Virus record (IMG/VR): IMGVR_UViG_3300038962_000198
Location: 1-61,781 of that record
Length of the DNA: 61,781 bases
From: a virus
Taxonomy: Duplodnaviria > Caudoviricetes
Reading direction: 5' to 3' (one strand)
Position 1 is the stretch's first letter; each line of letters starts with the position of its first letter. Positions 1 through 10,900 of this stretch are shown one piece after another. The translations under genes were made by a program, and so were the position numbers. The notes under the pieces were generated by a model. It saw only the letters and a program-made list of their open reading frames with translations. It was not told where the DNA came from and ran no database searches.

Positions 1-1971
1 GCTCCTGTACAACTCGAACCCGGACCAAAACCATTTTTCGGAACCGCCACATCTGTTGGTGAAGATGATGATGGGCCTCAGATGCGATATAAGCCTAGTG
101 ATTGGGGCTTTGTGGTTGATAAGGACGGTAGATTGATTGTGGATACTGATGATCCCCGAACAGTTCTACCTCCAGACGACATTCGTACGAAGGCGGATAC
201 TCCAGCAGACCCTAGTCCAGATATGAAGAAATGGGACGATAGTAAAAAACGAGTCGCGGATGAGTTAAAAGATAAGGGACTTCCAGATCAAGCTCATCCA
301 ACTAAGTCTCAAGATAATAGGGGGCAGCTTGGAAGTGGTGCTATGATAGGGCCTGATGATCCTACAGCTTTGCTGAATCATATGATCAATGCCTCTCGAA
401 TTAATCCTAATGTTAATATAAATAAAAGCCAAAGCCAAATATCTAATAAAAAAAGACGGATGATACTAAGAAATTCGATGACTGACGATCAAAAAGAGGC
501 AGAACGTCAACGTAAAATGCAAAATACTCTTGAAACTCTAGAGAAGAGAGCTGCTACTTTGGAGGAACTTAAAACAGACAAGGGTATTATTAGCGACGAT
601 GAGTTTAAAAATCTTGACCCGAACGATCCCGAGTTCAAGAAATTAATGGATGAGTATAAACATTGGCATAGTTCGTCGGAAGGGAAACGTTTAAAGCAAT
701 ATAAAAATAGAATTGATCATCTAAAAAAGACGATGGCTGGACCTAAGAGGTATAAAGGAGGATCTGAACTTCCTAGATTTGGAAGAACTGGTGGTCTTCC
801 CCCCCAATGGGCCATAGATCAAAATAAAGCCCGGTGGGGAGGATCGGCACGCAGTTCTGCGACACTGACACCGGCTGACCTCGGCTTGACCCCGGGTGAT
901 GCCGACACTGGCCAATTCAGTGTGCCCAGTACAAAGTTCGGGGGGCGGGTGGCCGCACCCGGGGATCAACCGAGAGCCTTTAACGATTTTCTAGTAACAG
1001 ATCCGAAGTTTTATTCAAATACTACTGATCAGCCGTGGGTGACGAATCTCCCAGCAGCCGCGCTGGGTGACAAATATGTGCAAGGCAAAGGCTATGTTCC
1101 TGACCCGGACTACGATCCAAACGCGCGTAACTGGACGAATCTCCCAGCACTCGATCCGGGGCATCCAAATTATGTGCCGCCTACTGGTCCTGCTGCTGTA
1201 CAATTAGAATCGGCACGCCCCCCTGCGATGCAGCGGCCCATCCAGCAGATGAGTGCAGGTGCAGGTACACAGGTGCCTTTTAATGTGGGTGGAAACGTGC
1301 TGCCAGATTATAGCCATGTAACTTTTGAGGATACGCTGGGAATGAGCGCCGATGCTTATAGCGCCATGGGTCAACATTATAGCGATAAAGATCAGTGGTC
1401 TAGCAACTATAATCCCTTACTGAGAGCGTTCACGCGACAGGGTAGGGAAGGTGATTATCAAGAGTATCTGGACAAGCTACTCAATGTTACTGGGTCTCAG
1501 GTGCCTTTGGATGTGGGTGGAAACGTGCCGCTTCGTCCTCAGGGCGCGGCAAATGGACCACCACCATCACCAATGCAACGTCGTAGTGGTCATCAGGCAC
1601 CGGGTGTTGCTGGAGCTGCTGGAGGTAATATTGAAGAGTTACTAAAAGGAGACGCATTTGCAAAGAAGATTACAACCGCATTTAATACGGGAGGTACTGA
1701 CGTTGCTGACCAAATTAGAGCAGCATTTAAGGATGTTATTCCACCAAAAATTGAAATGTCAGCACAGCTAGGAGCTATTACGGTACACTTAACTGGTGGT
1801 GATTTGTTGGAAAAATTGAGAAGCAATATTGTTAATGAAATGAGAAAAGAAATTAAAACTGCGGTTGAGAATGCTATTCAGCCAGATGCTCGTAGCACTC
1901 TTGATGGTAATACTGGTACTAATCCAGCATCTAATGCACTATCTAATCCAAACATTACTATGATAGGATAA
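1..1971 (+). CDS. C-terminal part of a very large virion protein, probably tail tape measure protein (5' truncated by window edge)
   Basis: Frame is open from position 1 (APVQLEPGPKPFFG... into MRYK at 82), so the gene begins upstream. It has a coiled-coil stretch, Pro/Gly-rich segments and recurring aromatic-x(1-3)-GG motifs (YKGG, FGRTGG, FNVGG, FNTGG), and lies just upstream of tail-like genes. Confidence 0.5.
   Translation, partial: APVQLEPGPKPFFGTATSVGEDDDGPQMRYKPSDWGFVVDKDGRLIVDTDDPRTVLPPDDIRTKADTPADPSPDMKKWDDSKKRVADELKDKGLPDQAHPTKSQDNRGQLGSGAMIGPDDPTALLNHMINASRINPNVNINKSQSQISNKKRRMILRNSMTDDQKEAERQRKMQNTLETLEKRAATLEELKTDKGIISDDEFKNLDPNDPEFKKLMDEYKHWHSSSEGKRLKQYKNRIDHLKKTMAGPKRYKGGSELPRFGRTGGLPPQWAIDQNKARWGGSARSSATLTPADLGLTPGDADTGQFSVPSTKFGGRVAAPGDQPRAFNDFLVTDPKFYSNTTDQPWVTNLPAAALGDKYVQGKGYVPDPDYDPNARNWTNLPALDPGHPNYVPPTGPAAVQLESARPPAMQRPIQQMSAGAGTQVPFNVGGNVLPDYSHVTFEDTLGMSADAYSAMGQHYSDKDQWSSNYNPLLRAFTRQGREGDYQEYLDKLLNVTGSQVPLDVGGNVPLRPQGAANGPPPSPMQRRSGHQAPGVAGAAGGNIEELLKGDAFAKKITTAFNTGGTDVADQIRAAFKDVIPPKIEMSAQLGAITVHLTGGDLLEKLRSNIVNEMRKEIKTAVENAIQPDARSTLDGNTGTNPASNALSNPNITMIG
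1041..1528 (+). repeat. Short in-frame intragenic direct repeats
   Basis: gacgaatctcccagca is identical at 1041-1056 and 1134-1149. caggtgccttt(ta/gg)atgtgggtggaaacgtgc occurs at 1270-1300 and 1498-1528 with 2 mismatches. Confidence 0.8.
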
Positions 1972-2026
1972 GAGCTGGTAGTTAAGTAATTAATAAATTT
2001 AAAACTTATTTATAAAGGGCAATTCA

Positions 2027-3544
2027 ATGCCAGCAGGCGACGGAATTACGTTTTCATATGGGGATTATAGCTTAGATCCCCGACCATTATTTACTGTTAA
2101 TAAAACAGTTATAAAGACTCCTTCCAATACAGGTCTATCTAGCAAATACGTCCTAGTACTTAACGGTCATATACTTCCTACAGATATAGATCTATCAGAT
2201 AATAAGGGGGGCTTGACTACCGTCTGGGATGACACTTATGCATTAAGAGATGCTTTTAAAAAAGATTTTGAATTATTATTATTACAATGTGATGATACTG
2301 ATTCTATTATTAGCGGTTATCCTAAAGTAGTTAGTATTGATATAAATAACGCAAGTGATAATTATGTTCGTCGTGCTGACTATACTATTAACTTAGAAAT
2401 GGCTAGTCTTAGTGGCACCAGTGGTGATTGTGTAGGATTAGAAAATGGTATTGGGGATTTGTCTGCGGCGCGCCTTGTGTCACTTTCGGATGAGACAAGC
2501 ATTGAATTTTTAGATGAAAGAGTAGCAAACGCAAGTCCTGATCCTGTATGGGGTGAGACTTTCCCTACTGTTTTTCGTATTACCAGAAATGTATCAGCAC
2601 AAGGAGATTCCTTACCGGCGAGCCCAGATGTAGCAGGAGAGGAGAATTATATCCACCCATGGCAACGTGCTCGTGACTATGTTTCAGGTGTCTTGACTGA
2701 TGAAAGCGAATTTACTGACTATTTTAGCGGCACCATGTGCATGGACGGGCAGGATATAAGAAATAGTTTTAGAACTATATCTGTTAATAAAGCGGACGGG
2801 TCTTGTAATGGATCGCAAACATTTGTGGTTTTACCAACTTCTAATAGTGGGACTATAGAAGATTTTGAAGCTACTGTGGAGCAGTCTTTATCCGATAGCC
2901 CCTATACTACCGTAACGATAAATGGTACAATTCGAGGATTTGACGATATTTCTAACTCAGGATGTCCTACTTCAGCCAAGGATGGTGAGGATAAATTTAA
3001 AGTAGCGAAGACTAAATGGGACCATACTCACAATGGACTATACTCGAGGGCTGTGAACGCGGTGACCAACTCGCATCTAGCGCATAAGTCGATTCGCCCT
3101 CACCCTTATTTGTTACATCTAGTACCTTTAGGTGCTTCTGTTGGCTATAATCCTATAGCCGGTACTGTTTCATATAGTTATGCATATAACGATAGATTGG
3201 ACTTTGTAGATACAAATGCAATAAGTGAAACTATTACAATAAATTATAATCATAGGCCTGACTTATATGCTTCCATTACCATATTAGGTAGAGGAGATAA
3301 AGGGCCATTGTTGCAGAACTTAAATACTACAGGACCTGAAACCGAAAGTGTTTCTGTTGATGTACTATATAAACCTGAAGCAATTACTGCTGGAAGTCGT
3401 GCTAGGCCTACGAGTTGGGGAAACCAATATAATACTTTATTTACAACTCCTCCGGGTGGATTTCTTACTAGCTCAACTGAAACTTGGAACCCACAAAATG
3501 GACATTATACTAAAAGTATGTCTTGGGAAATTGGAGAATGTTAG
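2027..3544 (+). CDS. Putative virion tail/baseplate structural protein
   Basis: 505 aa, Ser/Thr/Asp-rich with beta-strand-like patterning. Position directly after the putative tape measure gene. No catalytic motif recognised. Confidence 0.45.
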   Translation: MPAGDGITFSYGDYSLDPRPLFTVNKTVIKTPSNTGLSSKYVLVLNGHILPTDIDLSDNKGGLTTVWDDTYALRDAFKKDFELLLLQCDDTDSIISGYPKVVSIDINNASDNYVRRADYTINLEMASLSGTSGDCVGLENGIGDLSAARLVSLSDETSIEFLDERVANASPDPVWGETFPTVFRITRNVSAQGDSLPASPDVAGEENYIHPWQRARDYVSGVLTDESEFTDYFSGTMCMDGQDIRNSFRTISVNKADGSCNGSQTFVVLPTSNSGTIEDFEATVEQSLSDSPYTTVTINGTIRGFDDISNSGCPTSAKDGEDKFKVAKTKWDHTHNGLYSRAVNAVTNSHLAHKSIRPHPYLLHLVPLGASVGYNPIAGTVSYSYAYNDRLDFVDTNAISETITINYNHRPDLYASITILGRGDKGPLLQNLNTTGPETESVSVDVLYKPEAITAGSRARPTSWGNQYNTLFTTPPGGFLTSSTETWNPQNGHYTKSMSWEIGEC

Positions 3545-3565
3545 ATTAGTTAGGAGCGTTTAAAT

Positions 3566-6500
3566 ATGGCATGTCCAACTATTCCGGGAGCTAAGTTTCT
3601 TGGCTGTAGCGTTGTTGATTTTAGTGCTTCGGCAGGATGGGGAGCGCAAAGCTCTGAGGTTACAATTAATCTAGTTGCAGATTGCGCAGAAGTTTTTATT
3701 CAGCCTCTTGTTGGTTCAGCTCACACCTTTAAAATTGGTGACGAAAATGGAGACTTTAGTTTTACCGGGTTGATACAATCATGGAATACTAGAGCTGGTT
3801 CCGATGGTCTTCTATATACCATAAAACTTATTTCTCCTCATCCTATATTGGATAATGCCCAAATTATCTTAGATAACTATCAAGATGATGTTAAACTTAA
3901 GAACATAATTAATGTATATGCCCATTTAGAATTTTTAACTGGAAATTGCGGTCAAAATTTCTATGGTAACGCAGTTTTTGGTTCTATGGCTCATGGGTTT
4001 GGTGGCTCTAGAAAAACAGCTCGTGGTATTCCATGGCCTTTGATTCGACATTCTCTGCAAGACTTAGTAGGTGGAGGTGAAAGTTCAAATCCAGTATACT
4101 GTAAAGGGTTGGAACTTGCAGGTGTTCAATATATTTTAGATATTTCAGACATTCCTTTGTCTGATTATAATTATCGTCTTATTGGGCCTACTATGTCTTT
4201 AACTGACCTTATCAATCAGGTTTGTGAGGACGCTGGATGTGATTATTATATTGAGCTATTAGATCCTAATATGAGTAATGCGGCTGGAATGCCGGTAGGT
4301 ATTATTAAGGTTGTTACTATAACAAGACAGAATGTTCCGGCGTTGGGCGCAATTTATAAGTTTGTAAATGAAGATCATAACGGGCAAGTTATTAGTAACG
4401 CTATAGGCCAAGAGCTACGTTCAGAAGTTAACAATGTATTGCTTATTGGTGGAAAAGTTAAACAATATTATCAGTGTTGGAATTCAAATCATATGACTCC
4501 TTTTTGGGGATGGAATACACAAGGATTTTTACTCAAATCTTTTCATACAGGCCAACCAAATGGATGGCAGGTAGAATTAGACTTTCGCGCTATTAACTTA
4601 ACTCTTTCCACCCCCACCGGTTTCACATTCGGTTGGGTTGGTGAAAATGAATTACGTGCTGCGGCAGGTGACTATGAAAGCTTTCAAGCATATATTCTAA
4701 GCGGTACTGAACCGAGCAGCGTTCTTCTGCAATATTTAAGGGACAGTCTGAGTTTATCGATTCCTTTTGACAGTAAAAAATGGGCTCCAAATGCAGTTCA
4801 AGATGCTAAGATTAATGCTCCAGATAATGATAATACTGGCGATCCAGCGTCTAGCAGTATTAGAGACGCCAAGGCTTTGCACCATTGGTTAAATTCTTAT
4901 GCATCTCAAGTCTATGGTAAACAATTTGTTGCAGGTTTTACGATAGGGACAGCAGTTTGTATATCTAGAGACTCTGAGACTGGAGAGGTTATATATAGCG
5001 ATGAAGTTTCTACTGATGGTGGATGGGCTAGTGCTGGCTTACTCTGGCAGAATGCTTCCGACATTTTAGGCATACCTAATCCAAGCGCACAAGCAGATCG
5101 CTTTAAGGATTTGACTGGTAAAGTACAGCCAATGGTCATGTTTGATGGTGGTCAAACTCAAATTAATACTAAAGGTCTTAGTAGTGACGATTATATTGTA
5201 GATGGGAATAGAATATGGATCAAGGCTACCGTACATGATAAATGGATATGGGGAACACCGCTCAATCCAGATGGTACTGCAAGTACGATTTTGTGTGCTC
5301 TGGTAACTATATCCAATCCTGTTACTAACGATGAGTGGACTGAAAGCTCAATGTCGTCATGTCGTCCTGTGGATAGTTTTAATCCTAACGGTCTTTTGAA
5401 TGTTGATCCTGTCGTTTCATATCAGGGCAGTGATGTTGGTGTGGGTAAGTACAATGTGGGTGGTCAGAGTCAAATGATCAGTGCTCTTGGCGACTCTTAC
5501 ATGACTTTCCCTCGTGCTATGGGAGTTCCAATGAAAAGTAATACCACTTCTTATGCTCCGTGGTGGAAGGCAGGTGTAAGTGCCGGTACTACACAAGTAG
5601 AAGTGGATGAGGGTTTGACACCGTGGGAATATGGTGGTTTTAATGCAATGGCTGCTGCTGGATGGGCTAAAGTAAGTAACGCTTGGACGCAGCAACAAAT
5701 GCTAGATCGTGGCGCCGTTACGATTCCCGGTACACCTTCTCTATCTCTAGCTCAAAATATTGATGGTGGTGGTGTCTTAACCGCACGAGGACGAATGGTG
5801 GCATCAGTACCCGGAACCAATCGGACTTATTCCTATTATAGTTATCAGTCTAGTACCCGCAATGGAGCTGCTATTATATCCAATATTAGTACTTCCGCAG
5901 GTGAGGGTGGAGTTACTACCACTTATACTGTTAATAGCTTTACTCCTGTTTTTGGTAGGTTTTCTAGACAAAATGCACAACGAATTAAACAAATTGGATT
6001 AAATAGACAGAGAGGGGAACGAGATCTCAGAGCTAGTGCTGCTTTAAGAAATTTACTTGTAGCATCCGAAAACCGTACAAATTTAGCCAATGCAGCGTCC
6101 GCAGCAGCCGAAGATATTTCTAAGGGAGCTTTAGCTCCTAAAACTCCTGCGATAACATTCGTTGGTAAAAGAACTGGTCATGACTCTGCATCGCATCAAC
6201 GAAATCTCGTTGTTGCTCCTACCAAAAACGATATGGTTTATTATGCGAAGTCTGAGTTTCAAAAAACAGCAGCCGTTACTATGGATGCGATATTTAGGCC
6301 TGTGCAATCACCCGGTAGTAATGATGGTGGTTTAGCGAAAGTAAATACGAATGATAATGAATGTTTCCTTACTAATAATAGTCAAACTACTGGGCCTCCT
6401 CCTCCCATTATAGACCACAAACCTTTAAAGATTACTGCTAAATATCTTGATTTTCTTACTAATCCAAAAGATGATGGTGATTTTACATCCTCCACAAGTT

Positions 6501-7951
6501 GGATTAACTCTAACACTACAGATGATGGTGGTCGAGCATCTAGTAGTACTAAGGGGCATGATATAGAAGGTGTGGCGAGAGGGGTTGCGGGTAATGAATG
6601 GGGTGGCGATGCTCCCGGTAAATTAGCAATGCATAGTGGTGGACAAACGACAGATGATGGCACCGTGATTCATGATTACAATGATAAATATAGATTTATG
6701 GCCCTTCGCGGCCCCTTAATGATACATGGGTGGGGATATGACGTTAATGGTAAGCCTATTCCTAATGAGAACGATTCTGCTCCCGACTTTCAAGATAATT
6801 ATGAAGACTTAACAGACAAATTTAAAGACAATTGGTTAGAGAATTCTGATATGTGGCCCGTTGCTCCTGTAGATTTACGGTTTGATCGACACAGGGGCGT
6901 ATGGACTACGCCGCCCGCATTTCGACTTTATCAAGTCGCGTTTACTGGGGGAGAGTTACCGGCTGGAGGATCCTCTATTGGTGACGTAATTAACTATAAG
7001 GATGACTTACCAGACGATCCCAAGGTTGAGGTACATAATTGGACCAAGAGCGATATTGAGTCGGGGGCTGTGGCATTAGCATATTATGATACAGCTGCTT
7101 GCGAATACTGGGTTATTCCACCGGCGTCTGGATCAAGTGGTGCTGGTATGAAAGTTGGCACAGAAAGCTGTTCGGGTTTTGATCCTCTAGCATCTATGTC
7201 TTGTGAGTCTACAAAATGTATTGTGTTTGGTGGTGGGATCAACGGTGATTGGGCTAAAAACGATGATGATGATCCATTGGTTGGGGAGACTTTCGTAGTT
7301 ACAGGTCCTAAAATTCAATCCCAAGGATGTTCAAATTTAGAAAGTGGTACGAGTGGACAACCGAAAGCTGCCGAACATTTTGATTCGCTTATAATTGGTG
7401 CGGGATTGACAATGGAGGTGAATAATTGTGTAGCCAGAATTGGTGGTCCTAAAATCAATAAGGAAGGGTGTAATAGTTTAAGTAGTGGTTCAAGTGGTGA
7501 GCCGCAAGAATTCCAAACATTTGAAAAGCTTACGATTGGACAAGGATTAAAGTTAGAGGCAGATGGGTGCCTAGCAACTATTACAGGCCCATCAATTGCA
7601 AGTGACCAACCCATTCCGGCCGATGCATCTGGTTGTAGTGGTACGGGCACTTATGCTACTGGCACAGGCTCTTATGGTTTTACAGGTGTGTGTACTCCTA
7701 CTGTAGACAATCCGCAACCATTTGAGACTCTTGTGTTTTCAAGCGGATTGACGGTGGAATATTCCGAGTGCGTAGCAACAATTACTGCTAGTGGAGGAGG
7801 TGGTTGTACAAGTGGCATAACTAGTGGTATTCCATTTGTTTCAGATGTATGCTGTAGTGGTTCTCATTTTATTGCTATAAAACAAGAATTTTCTTTTCAC
7901 AATGGATGTTTAACGGGTGTGACAGAAGCCGGTTCTTGTCCCACTTGTTAA
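3566..7951 (+). CDS. Large putative tail/baseplate hub-like protein with C-terminal Cys-containing repeats
   Basis: 1461 aa with SD AGGAG upstream. N-terminal region resembles tail hub proteins (LTDLINQVCEDAGCDYYIE). Gly/Ser/Thr-rich with ~47-aa C-terminal repeats. Confidence 0.5.
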   Translation: MACPTIPGAKFLGCSVVDFSASAGWGAQSSEVTINLVADCAEVFIQPLVGSAHTFKIGDENGDFSFTGLIQSWNTRAGSDGLLYTIKLISPHPILDNAQIILDNYQDDVKLKNIINVYAHLEFLTGNCGQNFYGNAVFGSMAHGFGGSRKTARGIPWPLIRHSLQDLVGGGESSNPVYCKGLELAGVQYILDISDIPLSDYNYRLIGPTMSLTDLINQVCEDAGCDYYIELLDPNMSNAAGMPVGIIKVVTITRQNVPALGAIYKFVNEDHNGQVISNAIGQELRSEVNNVLLIGGKVKQYYQCWNSNHMTPFWGWNTQGFLLKSFHTGQPNGWQVELDFRAINLTLSTPTGFTFGWVGENELRAAAGDYESFQAYILSGTEPSSVLLQYLRDSLSLSIPFDSKKWAPNAVQDAKINAPDNDNTGDPASSSIRDAKALHHWLNSYASQVYGKQFVAGFTIGTAVCISRDSETGEVIYSDEVSTDGGWASAGLLWQNASDILGIPNPSAQADRFKDLTGKVQPMVMFDGGQTQINTKGLSSDDYIVDGNRIWIKATVHDKWIWGTPLNPDGTASTILCALVTISNPVTNDEWTESSMSSCRPVDSFNPNGLLNVDPVVSYQGSDVGVGKYNVGGQSQMISALGDSYMTFPRAMGVPMKSNTTSYAPWWKAGVSAGTTQVEVDEGLTPWEYGGFNAMAAAGWAKVSNAWTQQQMLDRGAVTIPGTPSLSLAQNIDGGGVLTARGRMVASVPGTNRTYSYYSYQSSTRNGAAIISNISTSAGEGGVTTTYTVNSFTPVFGRFSRQNAQRIKQIGLNRQRGERDLRASAALRNLLVASENRTNLANAASAAAEDISKGALAPKTPAITFVGKRTGHDSASHQRNLVVAPTKNDMVYYAKSEFQKTAAVTMDAIFRPVQSPGSNDGGLAKVNTNDNECFLTNNSQTTGPPPPIIDHKPLKITAKYLDFLTNPKDDGDFTSSTSWINSNTTDDGGRASSSTKGHDIEGVARGVAGNEWGGDAPGKLAMHSGGQTTDDGTVIHDYNDKYRFMALRGPLMIHGWGYDVNGKPIPNENDSAPDFQDNYEDLTDKFKDNWLENSDMWPVAPVDLRFDRHRGVWTTPPAFRLYQVAFTGGELPAGGSSIGDVINYKDDLPDDPKVEVHNWTKSDIESGAVALAYYDTAACEYWVIPPASGSSGAGMKVGTESCSGFDPLASMSCESTKCIVFGGGINGDWAKNDDDDPLVGETFVVTGPKIQSQGCSNLESGTSGQPKAAEHFDSLIIGAGLTMEVNNCVARIGGPKINKEGCNSLSSGSSGEPQEFQTFEKLTIGQGLKLEADGCLATITGPSIASDQPIPADASGCSGTGTYATGTGSYGFTGVCTPTVDNPQPFETLVFSSGLTVEYSECVATITASGGGGCTSGITSGIPFVSDVCCSGSHFIAIKQEFSFHNGCLTGVTEAGSCPTC
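7304..7790 (+). repeat. Three tandem ~47-aa protein repeats (GPxI...C...F[DE]xL...GL...C[VL]AxI)
   Basis: Units start at 7304 (GPKIQSQGC), 7445 (GPKINKEGC) and 7586 (GPSIAS), a 141-nt period. The third unit carries a Gly/Thr-rich insertion. Confidence 0.8.
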
Positions 7952-7978
7952 TAATATTATACGAGAGGATAAAAAAAT

Positions 7979-10900
7979 ATGGCTGTTACCGAGATTATAG
8001 GATCTATGCTTCCTGATGGGTCTGAGTTTACTCAGCCCTTAGAATCAGAATATGTTCCTCATGATTTGTGGAAACAAGAATGTGAAGCAGCGATGACTGC
8101 ATGGAAAGTTGCTTTTGAGGATATTTGGCCAAATCTAACTGTAAATTTTATACCGGCAGAAAATTCAGACGATGGTAATGAGCTTCCCAACCAAATTGCT
8201 CCCGGCGATATTTATGATCTCCCACATGAAAAGGGTTTGGGTGATATTAGATTTGCTATGCATGGTCCTATCTCTGCCTTGGCCTATGCGTCATTTCCTA
8301 CAACTCCTTCAAGACTAGGAGAGGTAGGTACTATTGGTGGTGATATACATTTTGATCCTACCGATAGTTGGCGTATAGATACTGATACTACAGAAATGGC
8401 TTACAGTATTCGTAGGGTTGCCGCACATGAGATTGGTCATTCTTTGGGTTTGTCGCATTATCATGGTAATTGGCAACCTCAAACAGATAATAATGATAAT
8501 CCAGTTCTTAACGAAGGTGGAACCCCAGCTTATATAGGACAAGATAAGTTAATGTTTCCTGTTAGTCAGCACTCATACAATTTAGATGTTACTATAGATC
8601 AAATAACTAAAGATGCATTGAAAGCTTTATACACTGCTTCGGATGCGAGTACCAATTTAGATGGTTGGGATCGTACATGGTATAGATGGGAAAAAATAGC
8701 AGAACAAATTGAAAAAAGTAATAATGAAAATATTGTAATAAATATTACTTATAGCTATATGCCTGAAGGTATTCCTATCTCGGTAGATCGAAATATGATA
8801 GCCACTGATGGAGGCCCATTAGAAGGTTGTTGTGTATGTTGTGGTGCAAACCAAGCGAACCTGTCTTCGAGGAGGGGGCCACCTCAAAGAGTAGTCCGGG
8901 GTAGGGATAAACAATGGGATGGAAGGAATAGTGTGGGAACGTCTTGTTATTGTGGGTGTTGTCCGTGTAAGCCCGACGACTTAACATTTCGTTTACTTAA
9001 ATGTGAAACAGTGTCTATTAATTATGACCAAGGGGAATGGGTTCGTGGTGAGTGTGATGCTTTATCTGGCGATGATGGCATGGAGTTTACACTACAAAAG
9101 GAAGGAGGACCAAAGCAGTGTAAGGAAACACAGGATTATTTAAAAGTGAACTGGGAATGGAATGAGGGCAGGATCACGTTCCCCGACAAATTTGCTCGCG
9201 GTTGTCAAGGCTATATTGATTCCGAAGGTGATTATATGCAAAGTGTCGGTAATATGTATCAAGATGCAGAGGAACACCCGGAGAAATATCAAGAGGCTTG
9301 GGGTTTTTCAGGGGTGTTATGCGAAGGTATGATTACCACGCCTGACAGACCAGCTTATACTTTTGGGGAGAGCGAGTGTTTGGGAATGGGTATCTTATCA
9401 ACACTATGTTGTTGTAGAACTGGCAATAATAGTAACTATTTGGAAGGGCTAACTCCCAATGAGATAGCCGCTATGGCTAACGGTAGTAGGCTTTGGGACC
9501 CGACAAGAGAATATTACCCTTCCAACAAAGTGAGAGAGTTTGCCACAGCGGGAGAAGACTACAGGTGGGAAACCAATCCTGTGTGGGAATGCGTAAAGAA
9601 AGATCCACGAGATTTAACCACTCGTCAAACCCAAGGATTTAAAGCGGTAGTTGACGGAGAAACGATTTGGGTAAAGCTATATGATAAATGTTTTGAGGGT
9701 AGTGAATGCCCTCCAGAAATTAGCGACGATAGTATACTACGCAACGCATGTCCGTTCGTGCCACAGCTGGATGGGACGAATCATGCCGGTACGAACAAGG
9801 ACTTTGACGACGGGACGTTGCCGCTAGATCCGGGTCAGGTACATTACGATCAGTATGAAAACTGTGATTGGGAATATACAGATCCTGATGGGACGGAATA
9901 CAATTGGGAATATCTTACACCTACAAGTCCTCTTGAATGTAGTATGGATTGTTTTAGTTTTAATATTCGACCTGATGAAACAAAATATGAATATAAATAT
10001 TTAAAACCAGTAGTAGCAGATGGTCTAGATGGTAGGCCATTAGGGAATTGTGGAGGAGGCGCTGGATATACGGCGCAGGAAGTTGGGCAACCCTTTACTC
10101 CGGTGGGACAACCGGCAAACCGTAATCAATATGCAATGAGTACTGGTATTATTCACTCTGCTTGTTCTCCATGTACTTATAAACAAGGGACATGTTCGCA
10201 CGATAACTACAAAAGAATATTTGATCCGTCTATGCCTCTAAAGGGTACACTGGACTCGGTAGGCTTAGGCTCTACATATGGAACTATTTCATATGACGAA
10301 ACTCCACGAAATACTTTGACAGATAAAATAGGATTTCATTATATAATTAGTGGTCAGTGTCGGGATAACGATTGTGACAATCCACAAGAGTTTAAACTCC
10401 TAGTAGGAGGTGCGTGGCAAATACACTGTGATTGTCAAACTGGAGTTATTAATACGGGTGTTAGTTCACAAATGATTGGAGGTGTTCATTATGAGAGGGG
10501 TTCTTCATGTTATCTTAGGCCGGAGTCTCCTATCTGTATACAAAATACTAGCAATAATGCTTGGATGTATGATTGTAAGGAAGACGGTTGTAAATGTCTT
10601 GGTAATCCACAACTCTATGGTCCACGCGCTGGATTCACTGATAGAGGTTTAGTACTTAAAAATGCTGAACTACCCTGCACCCCCATAGATGGGGCTGCTG
10701 GTGGTGTTATGTGGGCCAACGTTCCACAAGTTGATCTGTACTGCCCAGAAGACAATCCCACTAACGTTAAGTCGTTTTACACAAATTGTAAGGACTTCCA
10801 AGAGGCCGGCAGTTACTTTCACGAATTGTATCGAGGCTGTATACCTACATATTCTAAAGACGGTTGGGAGATAGTAACCGACCCACACCCCCATGTCTCT

